DNA of 64,000 nt from the human T2T-CHM13v2.0 reference genome, Homo sapiens, in NCBI RefSeq assembly GCF_009914755.1, contig NC_060934.1. The stretch is one strand, 5' to 3'. The position numbers and the translations under genes are program-made. The notes under the pieces are model-generated. The model saw only the letters and a program-made list of their open reading frames with translations, was not told the origin of the DNA and did not search any database. Of the stretch, positions 52,313-64,000 are shown one piece after another (within the stretch, counting starts at the first letter, position 1; every line of letters starts with the position of its first letter).

Positions 52313-53047
52313 TTAAACTTTTAATACTTGAAGTGTGTCAGCCAAAGCTAACTTAAAAGCATTTTAGGAATCCATATAATTAAGGTAAATCTTTGGCAAA
52401 TGAGACTAGTTTAATAATTTTGATTAATAACAAGGCAGCTATGTCTTTCTAATTAATGCTATGTATAACACGAGGTAGATTTTATTCTACTATACACACT
52501 GTTTCCTAACCTTATTCAGGTTTACTGCTCAAATAAGCTAGCATTATTCCTAGTTAATGTTTAACACTACAAAAAATGTAAATTTGTGTTCAACTAAATG
52601 GTATCATTATTCTGACAGACTGTATACAGACATGCCTCATTTTATTGTGCTTTGCCTTATTGTGCTTTACACATACCTCATTTTTTTTATAAATTGAAGG
52701 CTTGTAGCAACCCTACAATGATCCGTTGGTGCCATGTTTCCAACAGCATATGTTCACTTTGTGTCTCTGCATCACATTTTGGTAATTCTCACAATATTTC
52801 AAGCTTTTTCATTTTGATTTTATCTGTTATGGTGATCTGTGACTAGTGAGTTTTGATGTTATTATTGTAATTGTTTTGAGGCACTATGAACTGCACCCAT
52901 GTAATATGGCAAACTTAATCAATGAATGTTGTGTGTGTTCCGACTGCTCCCCTAACCAGCCCTTCCTCCATCTCTTTCCCTTTTCTCAGGCCTTCCTGTT
53001 CCCTGTGATAAAACGATATTGAAATTAGTCCAGTTAATAATCCTACA

Positions 53048-54474
53048 GTGGCCTCTAAGTGTTCAAGTGAAAGGAAAAGTCACACATCTCTCACTTTAAA
53101 CCAAAAGCTAGAAATGATTAAGCTTAGTGAGGAAGGCATGTTGAAAGTTAAGGTAGACCAAAAGCCAGGTAACTTGTGGCAAACAGCCAAGCTGTGAATT
53201 TAAAGGGAAAGTTCTTGAAGGAAATTAAAAGTGCTACTCTAGTGAATACACAAGTGATAACAAAGCAAAACAGCCTTATTGCCAATATGGAGAAAGTTTG
53301 AGTGGTCTGGATAGAAGATCAAACCAGCCAAAACCTTCCATTAAGCCAAAGTCTAATCCAGAGCAAGGCCCCAACTCTCTTCAAGTCTATGAAGTCTGAG
53401 GGAGTTGAGGACGATGTAGAAGAAAAGCATGAAACTAGCAGAGGTTGCTGCATGAGGCTTAAGGAAAGAAGCCGTCTCCATAACATAAAAGTAGAGGGTG
53501 AAGCAGCAAGTGGTAATGGAGAAGCTGCAGCAAATTATCCAGAAGATCTAGCTAAGACCACTGATGAAGGTGGCCACACTAATCAATGTATTTTCAATGT
53601 AGACAAAACAGCCTTACATGAGAAGTAGATGTCATCTAGGACTTTCATAGCTAGAGAGAAGTCAACGCCTGACCTCAAAGCTTCAAAGAACAGGCTGACT
53701 CTCTTGTTAGGGGCTAATGGTGACTTTAAGTTGAAGCCAATGTACATTTGCCATTCTGAAAATCTTAGGGCCCTTAAGAATTATGCTACATCTACTCTTC
53801 CTGTGCTCTATAAATGGAATAACAAAGCCTGGATCACAGTACATCTGTTTATAGCACGGTTTATTGAATATTTTAAGCACACTGTTGAGACCTACTGCTC
53901 AGAAAAAAAGATTATTTATAATACTACTGTTATTGACAATGTACCTGGTCACCTACAAGCTCTAGCAGAGAAGTACAAGGAAATGAATGTTGTTTTCATG
54001 CCTACTAACACCACATCCATTCTGCAGCCCATGGATCAAGAAGTAATTTTGTTGTACAAGTCTTCTTATTTCAAAAATACATTTATTAAGGCTATAGCTG
54101 CCATAGATAGTGACTCCTCTGATGAATCTGGGCAAAGTAAATTGAAAACTTTCTGGGAATAATTCACCATTATAGATGCCATTACGAACATTTGTGACTT
54201 ATGTGAGGAGGTAAAAATATTAACATTAACAGCAGTTTGAAAGATGTTGTTTCCAGTTCTCATGGATGACTTAGGGCCCAAGACTTCAGTGGAGGAAGTA
54301 ACTGTAGCAGATATGGTAGAAACAGCAAAAGAACTAGAATTAGAAGTGGAGCCTGAAAATGTGACTGAATTGCTGCCATCTCATGATACAACTTTAACTG
54401 ATGAAGAGCTGCTTTTTAAGGATAAGCAAAAAAAAATTTTCTTAAGATGGAATCTATTTGTGGATATGCTGTGA
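53048..54474 (+). pseudogene. Disrupted Tigger1 DDE transposase
   Basis: Start codon reads GTG (GTGGCCTCTAAGTGTTCAAGTGAAAGG). Fragments [50 protein letters not shown] and [13 protein letters not shown] are separated by stops (TAG 53626-53628, TAA 54160-54162) and frameshifts. Confidence 0.92.
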
Positions 54475-54617
54475 ACATATTGCCACAGCAACCCCAACCT
54501 TCAGCAACCACCACCCTGATCAGTTAGCAGCCATCAACATTGAGGTAAGACCTTCCACTAGCAAAAAAATCAGGACTCCTTGAAGATTCAGACGATCATT
54601 AGTCCTTTTAAAAATAA

Positions 54618-54918
<301 letters not shown>

Positions 54919-55544
54919 AACAATAAAGTATTTTTAATGAAGGTATTTACATCATTTTCTTAGGCATAATGCTATTGTATACTTAATAAGTCAGTATGGT
55001 GTAAACATAACTTGTTTACACCATAAATGCACTGGGAAAACCAAAAGTTTGTTTCACTTGCTTTGTAGTGTGTCAGCCTGAAGATACTTTCCAAGATCTT
55101 TAAGTAATTCAAACATTTGGATGATATTAAATTGCATTAAGTAATGGATAATCATGGGATGCCTAGATCATTCCTAAGATGAATACTGAAACACTGATTA
55201 TTCAGCATAATTTTGAATTTATAGGTGTTTGCTGCTTAATTTTTAAATGCTTTGGGCCATATTAGTGAACATGTACATTTTTGCTGTTTGTAGAGGTTCT
55301 TTAGGAGAGGTAGGTATATGGCTATAGAAATTGTTGCATTAAGGAGCTGTTAATTTGCTAAAATGCTGGTACGTGATAGCAGTTCTCAACTAATGTTTCA
55401 CAGTTTGCTCTATGAAAGAGACATTATTTACTTTACTTAAAATTGTAGTTGATATAAGTTGTTGAGACTATGCTAGAAACAACACTAATAGAGAAATACA
55501 ACAGTGTGTGCTTGTCTTTCAAGGAAAACAGTAGTTTGGTCTTA

Positions 55545-56520
55545 AAGCAACATTTCTCAGATGTTTTTGGTCTCTAGATAACTTACATTCATAAAACTTA
55601 TGGAAGACCTTATAAAAATTTTGATTTTTAGGGTTATAACTATCACTGTTTTCTGTGTTGGCAATTGAAACAGAGAATTTTATTTTTTTTAACTTTTATT
55701 TCAAGTTCAGGGGTACATGTGTAGGTTTGTTTCAAAGGTAAACTCGTGTCATGGGGGTTTGTTGTACAGATTACTTCATCACCCAAGTATTAGCTATTTT
55801 TCCTGATCCTCTCACTCCTCCCACCTTCCGCAGTGGGCATTGTTCCCCTCCATGTGTCTATGTGTTCTCACCATTTAGCTCCCACTTCTAAGTGAGAGCG
55901 TGCAGGATTTGGTTTTCTGTTCCTGCATTAGTTTTCTAAGGATAATGGCCTGCAGCCTCATCCATGTCCCTGCAAAGGACATGATCTCATTCTTTTTCAT
56001 GGCTGCATAGTATTCCACGGTGTATATATACCACATTTTCTTTATCCAGTCTACCATTGATGGGCATTTAGGTTGATTCCATGTCTTTGCTATTGCGAAT
56101 AGTGCTGTAATGAACATTTGTGTGAATGTGTCTTTATAATATAATTATTTCTATTCCTTTGGCTATGTTCCCTAATGGGATTGCTGGGTCGAATGGTATT
56201 TCTTGTCTTTAGGTCTTTGAGGAATTGCCACACTATCTTCCACAATGGCTGAACTAATTCACACTCCCACCAACAGTGTATAAGTGTTCCTTTTTCTCCA
56301 CAACCTCACCAGCATCTGTTATTTTTTGACTTTTTATTAATAGCCACTCTGACTGGTGTGAGGTGGTACCTCATTGTGGTTTTGATTTGCATTTCGAAAC
56401 AGAGAATTTTTTAAACGCTTGTTTAGAGATAATTTGAAGAGAACAGCAGTGAATGTACTGCATGTTAATAACATCTTAGTATTATTATTCAATTAGTCCT
56501 GACCTCACAGACTCCTGATA
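55545..56520 (+). mobile_element. hAT-Charlie-type fragment split by an L1PA
   Basis: TTTCTCAGATGTTTTTGGTCTC...GGGTTATAACTATC before the L1; CATGTTAATAACATCTTAGTATTATTAT...TGACCTCACAGAC after it. Confidence 0.55.
55682..56395 (-). mobile_element. 5'-truncated primate L1 (old L1PA, L1PA13-16-like) 3' end
   Basis: ORF2 C-terminus MFITALFAIAKTWNQPKCPSMVDWIKKMWYIYTVEYYAA; TSD GAAACAGAGAATTTT at 55667-55681 and 56396-56410. Confidence 0.93.
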
Positions 56521-56738
56521 CCTATCTTCAGGTAAAGTGTCAATTTATTCCAGAATATGAATGAGCTTACAGAGAACCAACTTGGAAAGTGAATTTTATT
56601 TGCCTTGGTTTTTAATTCCTGAACTGAGAAACTCTCCCTGAGGCTCCCTACTTTGTATGGCTTGATATGGTTATTTGCATAGTAGGAATCTGTCCTCCTT
56701 TTTCACTAGGATATAACCCAAAAAGTTGGTTATGCAAC

Positions 56739-57471
56739 TGATATGGTTTGAATCTGTGTCCCCACTCAAATCTCATGTTGAAATGTAATTCCCAATGCTG
56801 GAGGTGGGGTCGGATGGGAGGTGATTGAACCATAGGGGTGGTTTCTAATGGTGTAGCACCATCCTCTTAGTGCTGTTTTCATGGTAGAGTTCTCATGAGA
56901 TCTGGTCATTTAAAAGTGTGGTACCTCCCCCTGCCCTCTCTTTCTCCTGCTCCAGCCATGTGAAGTGCTGGCACCTCCTTCACCTTCTGCAATGATTGTA
57001 AGTTTCCTGAGGCCTCCCCAGAAGCTGAGCAGATGTCACCATGCTCCTGCATAGCCTGTAGAACTGTGAGCCAATTAAACCTCTTTTCTTTATAAATTAC
57101 CCAGTCTCAGGGGTTTTTTTTGTTTTGTTTTGTTTTGTTTTGATTTTTTGAGACAGGGTCTCACTCTGTTGCTCAGGCTGGAGTACAGTGGCATGATCAT
57201 AGCTCACTGAAGCCTTGACCTCTTGGGCTCAGGTGATCCTCTCACCTCAGCCTCCTGAGTACCTTGTACTGGAAGCACACGCCCCCATGCCCAGCTAATT
57301 TTTTTGTATTTTTAGTAGAGATGGGATATTGCCATATTGCCCGGACTGGTCTTGAACTTCTGGCCTCAAGGGATCCTCCTGCCTCAGCCTCCCAAAGTGT
57401 TGGGATTACCAACATGAGCCCCCTCACAGGCCAGGCATTTCTTTATAGCAATGGGAGAATGGACTATTACA
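56739..57471 (+). mobile_element. MST (MSTA/B-like) MaLR solo LTR, split by an Alu
   Basis: TGATATGGTTTGAATCTGTGTCCCCAC...AATTAAACCTCTTTTCTTTATAAATTACCCAGTCTCAGG | TTTCTTTATAGCAATG...GGACTATTACA; TSD GCAAC/GCTAC. Confidence 0.9.
57114..57432 (-). mobile_element. Alu (AluJ-like) with (GTTTT)n tail
   Basis: GAGACAGGGTCTCACTCTGTT...ATCATAGCTCACTG...GGATCCTCCTGCCTCAGCCTCCCAAAGTG. Confidence 0.93.
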
Positions 57472-57539
57472 GCTACCAAAGTCTTGCCTGGAATGTCATA
57501 TTTGAAAATGATGCCTATTTAATGAGGTATGGTTATGTT

Positions 57540-58150
57540 TTTTTAAAAAACAGCCTTGAAGTGAAATAATCTATACCACACAGTTCACCTGTCTAAAATA
57601 TACAATGGCTTTTCAGAGTTATGCAGCCATCACCACAATCAGTTTTGAAACACTTAACCACAAAAGGAAGCCTGCACCCCTTAGCCTTCACCCACCCCAA
57701 CACCTCCTGAATCTCCTATCACCCCAGCCCCAGGCAATCACTAATCTGCTTTCTGTCTCTACGGATTTGCCTGTTCCGGACAGTTCATATAAATGGAACC
57801 ACACAATATGTGGCCATTTGTGACTAACTTCTTTCACTTAGCATAATGTGTTCAAGGTTCATCCATGTTGTAGCATGTATCAGTATTTCATTCCTTTTCA
57901 TTACCAGATAATATGCCACAGTCTGAATATGCACTTTTTGTTTATCTGTTCACCCCTTGGCATTTGGGTTGTTTCTACATGTTGGCTGTCATAAATAACG
58001 CTGCTGTAAACATTTGTGCACACATTTTGTGTTGACATATGTTTTCATGTCTGTTGGGTATATACCTAGGACTAGGATCGCTGGATCATATGGGAACTCC
58101 ATAGTTAACATTTTTAGAAACTGTTGGTCTGTTCTGTAAAGTAGGCTGCA
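57540..58150 (-). mobile_element. L1MB-like LINE 3' end
   Basis: CCCCAGGCAATCACTAATCTGCTTTCTGTCTCTACGGATTTGCCTGTTC...TTCACTTAGCATAATG..TTCAAGGTTCATCCATGTTGTAGCATGTATCAG. Confidence 0.88.
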
Positions 58151-59181
58151 CTCTGCTCTAACAATAGCCCACTTTTGTTTCAGATCATTTCCATGCTAAA
58201 CGTCTAAGCATTTCAAATATATTACATCAAATTGAATCCCCGTGACAATTCTAAGAGGCAGAGCCTCTTAAGATGTTTCTACATCTTAGAGATGTAGAAA
58301 CAAGTCCCAGGGAGATGAGGTGACTTGCTCAATGTCACCCAGATGGTAAGAGGTGGCACTGGGACCAAACCAAAGCTCATCCACCCCAAAGCTCCATCTT
58401 TTCCTTCTTGATCCCATCCCCAGGTAAGTGCAGTGAGGAGGGCTTTTTTCTTTCTCCAGTGGCCTGGGGCTGCCTTTCTCCACGGACCTCAAGGCCCCCT
58501 CTCTTGCTCCTGCCCCAGCCCTGGTGCCGTTTGTTCCCTGCAGGTTGGCAGAAGGCCCAGAGATGGAACCTGATGCTGTGGAGTCACTGGGCTTCCGGGA
58601 GCTGGAAAAGAGCGGTGCCCAAAGGATGGGATCATGGCCTTTGCCATCTCCCCCTAGTCCCGACAGGGAGCCTGACAGCTGTGCTCATGCTTAGGGAGGA
58701 TGAAGAGCATGGCAGAGTCAGACAGGAGGCCATTATTTTCAATGAAAATGCACTGAACACCGACCCCATGCAGTAAGGGTTTCCATGGCCAGGAAACCTG
58801 CTTCTGTAACCGATTGCTTCCCTCCTGGGCTCAGCTCCCACTTCCCTCACCGCTCAGCTAATGCAGCTTTCAAGAGCAAAGTAAGGAGTGCATCAAAACA
58901 GCTGCTTCCATCCTGGTGATGAACTTGGAAAAACTATACTAGAACATCTGACTACATACATCTATGCACACCCTCAGCCTCAGCTTCCTCATTTGAAAAA
59001 TGGGAATAATAATATTTACCCCTAAATGTAGTTGTGAAGATGACAAGGGATATTGAATAGCACACTGCTGGGAACATAGTACCTGAAAACTAATCAGCAG
59101 CTGCTCTGCCTCTCAGTGCTTGCCATGTGCCGGGTGCCTGTCTAAATGCTTTTCACTGGAGCCCCATGACATGCAAGGTAG

Positions 59182-59496
<315 letters not shown>

Positions 59497-59579
59497 TACT
59501 ATGCCCATTTTATAGATGAGTAAACTGAGATTCATAAGGTACATAATTTACCCTAGGTTGTGCAGGGACCTAACCCGTG

Positions 59580-60030
59580 TCACTATACTTCCCTGGGGAT
59601 GGGATACAGAAGGAAAAGATGGAGCTTTGGGGTGGATGTGCTTTAGTGTGGTCCCAGTGCCACCTCTTGCCAAATGAGCGACTTTAAGCAAGTCACCTCA
59701 TCTCCCCGGGACTTGTTTCCACATCTCTAAAACGCGTATAGGAATCTCTGCCTCTTAAGATTGTCACGGGGATTCAATGCAATGTAATATATTTGAAATG
59801 CTTAGACCTTCAGCATCAAAATGATCAGAAACAAAAGTGGGCTATGGTGAGAGTGGCACATCTCCTAGTTATTTTTTGTTATTTTTGTTATTTTTTGACT
59901 TTTGAACAACAGGCATTCTGACTGGTGTAGGGTGGTATCTCATTGTGGTTTTGATTTGCATTTCAAAACAGAGAATTTTTTAAATGCTTGTTTAGAGATA
60001 ATTTGAAGAGAACAGCAATGAACGTATTGC
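59580..60030. repeat. Composite local duplication: inverted copy of 58155-58436 plus direct copy of 56318-56461
   Basis: Both alignments are readable directly (~85% and ~90%). Confidence 0.93.
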
Positions 60031-60404
60031 TGTCCAACACTTTGCTTTACTGACCGCTATCCTGAAGGCCTTGGAGGTAAGAGAGGCCAGTGGGTGCTGA
60101 CTCACAATGACGGACTGACATTTCAGTGGATACTCACCACTCAGCCTTGCTCAGAGAGGCTGGGAGAGGGCTCCAGAAAGTGGCCTTCCCTGCAGATGTT
60201 GACACATGTGTGAGGCAGGGACAGAGTCCACTACCCGCAGCACCTGTGAGCACCGGGTAGAGCCACTGTCCCCTTCCTCTGTCAGGCTGGCTCTCGAGAC
60301 AGATCAGATAACAAGAAATGCCAGGGTGGTGCTGATCCCCCCAGTGCCCAGCACACCAACCAGGCTACAAAGGATGTGGAGGCTGCATATAGGATGGGCC
60401 TTAA

Positions 60405-60471
60405 CAACCGCAAATCAAATTGGGCGTTACCAACCGTAAATCAAATTGGGCATTACCAACTGCAAATCAAA
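60405..60471. repeat. 26-bp tandem repeat, ~2.6 copies
   Basis: CAACYGYAAATCAAATTGGGCRTTAC at 60405, 60431 and 60457 (partial). Confidence 0.9.
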
Positions 60472-60991
60472 ACCGTCAGCTTTTGGGAAGTCAGGACATC
60501 ATTGGCTCTTAGGTCATCTCAAGCTGACAGGGAGCTATAATGGCAAAAGACATCCAGAATCAGGCCCAGTGAGCTTCCCCCGGCTCTGCTACATATTCAA
60601 TCAGCTCCCTCTTAGCAGATTCCCCAGCCATGTTCATCACACAAGGGCTCCATCCTTTATCCTCTGGTTGCTAAAATGCACCCATAGTTCCCAATGTTCT
60701 GTCACTGCCCAGGGCGTGAGCTGCTCCTGGGAAAGCTGGCCCTGCAGTTCAAGAGGCTCAGCCCCCAGGCCTGCGCCGAGACCTAATTACAGGTTCCCAG
60801 TCAAGCAGTGGAAAGAGCACTGTCCTGAGAGTTCAGCCTCTGCCATGAACTGAAATGGGACTTTGGACACTTCATGCCCCTCCCTGTGCCTCATTTTTCC
60901 TGTCTCTACCCCCAGGCGGACTAGACTAGCTCAGGGATGGAAACAGCAGGCATCCTTGCCCTCACCTTTGCCATAACCAGAGCAGACATAG

Positions 60992-61525
<534 letters not shown>

Positions 61526-63487
61526 ATGAACTTTTTTTTTCTGATTTTCCCTTGATTTCCTGTGAATTGGCTGGCAAGTTGGGGATGTCTATGTGTCAGG
61601 GGGATCGACAGACAGGAGGAAGAGCACCCATGGTCTCAGGAGAGGTCGCCCTAGTACACAGAGCTCAGTAGTAGAGGCAGACTTGGGCTGCTGTGAGCCA
61701 GGCTCTGCCTCCTTCTGGCCAGTCCTGCTGGGCTGTGGCTCCGTAAGCAGCAGCTCCCTCCACACTGTGACCACCCACTGGGATCGGGGACACAGCACAA
61801 AGTGGTATGGACATGTGGGCTTCTTCAGGCAGGGTGGCAGCCTCCAGAGCTGATTCTGAACCTGCAAACCTGGGACTCTTCCCTGGCATGATTGTGTGCT
61901 AACATCACATGACAGTTTCAAGGTGTTGTAATGCCCTTGTGTACACTGAATAATGCCTAGGGGTTCCTGGTAAAGACTGGGCTCCAAAACTCATAGAAAG
62001 TGGGCTGTGATTGCTGACAAATGCTGATTTGAGCTTCTTCTCTGCACAGCTCCTTAAATGCCCCTCAACATAAAACAGACATGAAAGAGGGTGAAGCCGC
62101 TGCGGCCCTCCTGGGACCCACGTGGGAGGATGAAGACAGTAAACAGGCACTAGACTCCGCCAGAAGCAGACGCACCACGTTGGTTGATTTTATCCTGCAG
62201 AAAAACATCTCAAACAGCCTGTCAATCTCTGGACATGTTTCTAACTCAGTCAAGTACCAGGTTTCACTTATAAAAATGAAGACTCTTCAAGAGGTAAAAA
62301 GACACCAAATACATTCAAAGTATAGATTTTCAATTTCTCAAGTCACATTTTCTGAACGTGTTAAGGGAATCCTACAAACAGGGCAGCACATGGCAGAGGC
62401 TGGCTCGGCTTCACACGTGTTCATGGTGCAACTGCTGCAGTGGGGAGCAGCCCCGCAGGAGGAGTGGGAACCGAGGAGGATGCAGGTCCTGCCCTTGGGA
62501 GCTTCCAGACCAACAGCAGAGAGAACCTGAAGTAACACAACTCCTCTGAGAGGCCCTGAGGGCTCTGCAGATTTGTTCAAAGGAGTGAGAAATCACCATG
62601 GTCCTGAGAGGGGGAAGGCTTCCTGGAGGAGGTGGCATTTGAGACAGGACTGGAGAGAAGCAGGAGGGTTTTCAGCTGTGAGGAGAGATAATATATGCAG
62701 AGGCCCAAGCTGAACCTAGGGAAAGATCTAGGAGGGTAATTCCGGCTGAAAAGCAGGAGAGAAGGCAAGTAGGAGGGAGGTTCCGGGCTCCGGGTTAAGG
62801 AAGGTTATGTGGGCTTGAAGGTCCAGTGAGGAGTCGCTGTGTCACGGAAGGGCTGAGGAGAGAAGTGACTCCAACAGAACAGAGCTTTAGGAATCCAGGA
62901 TGTCGGCTCTCTGCCAGAAATCTTCGGACGCCACAGCCAGCCTGACCTTTACAGTCTATGAAGCCTGAGGGCTTTACTTTGCAGGAGTAGATGAGAGATT
63001 AGAGAGGATGCCTGACCTGAGATCACACACCAAACAGCCCTGGCCAGTCCTGAATGCAGAGCCCCTGCCTGCGAGCCCAAGGTGCCTGCAAACGGGCTCA
63101 GTTTGGTGACAAGGCTGCAGGGAGGGTTGAGAATGGCATGGATGCAGTAGGCTGTGTGCAGTAGCCCTGCAAGTTCCAGAGCTGACTACTGGAAATAAGA
63201 CCGGGCCATCTCGGCACCAAGGGCCAGGACCTGGCTTCTGGGTCAGCATGGCAGGGACTGGACAAATCCACAATCTTCCAAGCAAATGTGGGATTGCTCG
63301 GGTTTAAATTGTGGGTCCAGGACATGTCTCAAGGGCCCAGAAGGGTCACTTGCACCATCGTCTCTTTCACCCCTGCAACTCCCCCTTCTGAACTGCAAAG
63401 GTGGTTTATAGTTTTAAATGCTTTATAGCACTGCCTCCATATCTACTGCTGTGAGGCTCAGATTTTCCTACCATGGGCTTAGTTGAG

Positions 63488-63697
63488 AGCTGTGTGGCCC
63501 AATATGTAGCCTTTAGCCACAAGTGGCTATTAAAAGTTTAATTAAAATGAACATTCTATAATAGAAGAAACCCAGTTTTTAAGTTTCACTGACCACCTTT
63601 AAAGTACTCAATAGCCACACGTGGCCAGCACTGTGGCATTCGATAGCACACAATAGGACATTTCCATCATCACGGAAAGTTCTATTGGCCAACACTG
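63488..63697. mobile_element. MER3 hAT MITE
   Basis: TAGCCACAAGTGGCTATT...CTCAATAGCCACACGTGGC...ACATTTCCATCATCACGGAAAGTTCTATTGG. Confidence 0.82.
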
Positions 63698-63705
63698 GCT
63701 TATAG

Positions 63706-64000
<295 letters not shown>

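Overview
This is primate, very probably human, genomic DNA; nothing in it looks prokaryotic. The only protein-coding sequence I can support is the last coding exon of the orphan class-A GPCR GPR26 (+ strand, 6749-6980). Intronic sequence precedes it. An apparently very long 3' UTR follows it, with candidate AATAAA signals at 8252, 10189, 15418 and 16196. The rest (about 16.3-64 kb) is repeat-rich non-coding DNA: Alus, L1/L2/MIR, MaLR/ERVL/ERV1 LTRs, hAT elements and a near-full-length dead Tigger1. I found no new gene system. The most unusual signal is structural: at least seven short locally templated copies (45-280 bp, direct, inverted or composite, taken from 0.3-3.6 kb away) plus several perfected hairpins, which look like replication/repair template-switch scars. 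One of them places a near-perfect 45-50 bp inverted repeat inside the putative GPR26 3' UTR. Identities were counted by eye and repeat subfamily names are from memory of consensus sequences, so both need RepeatMasker/Dfam and alignment confirmation.
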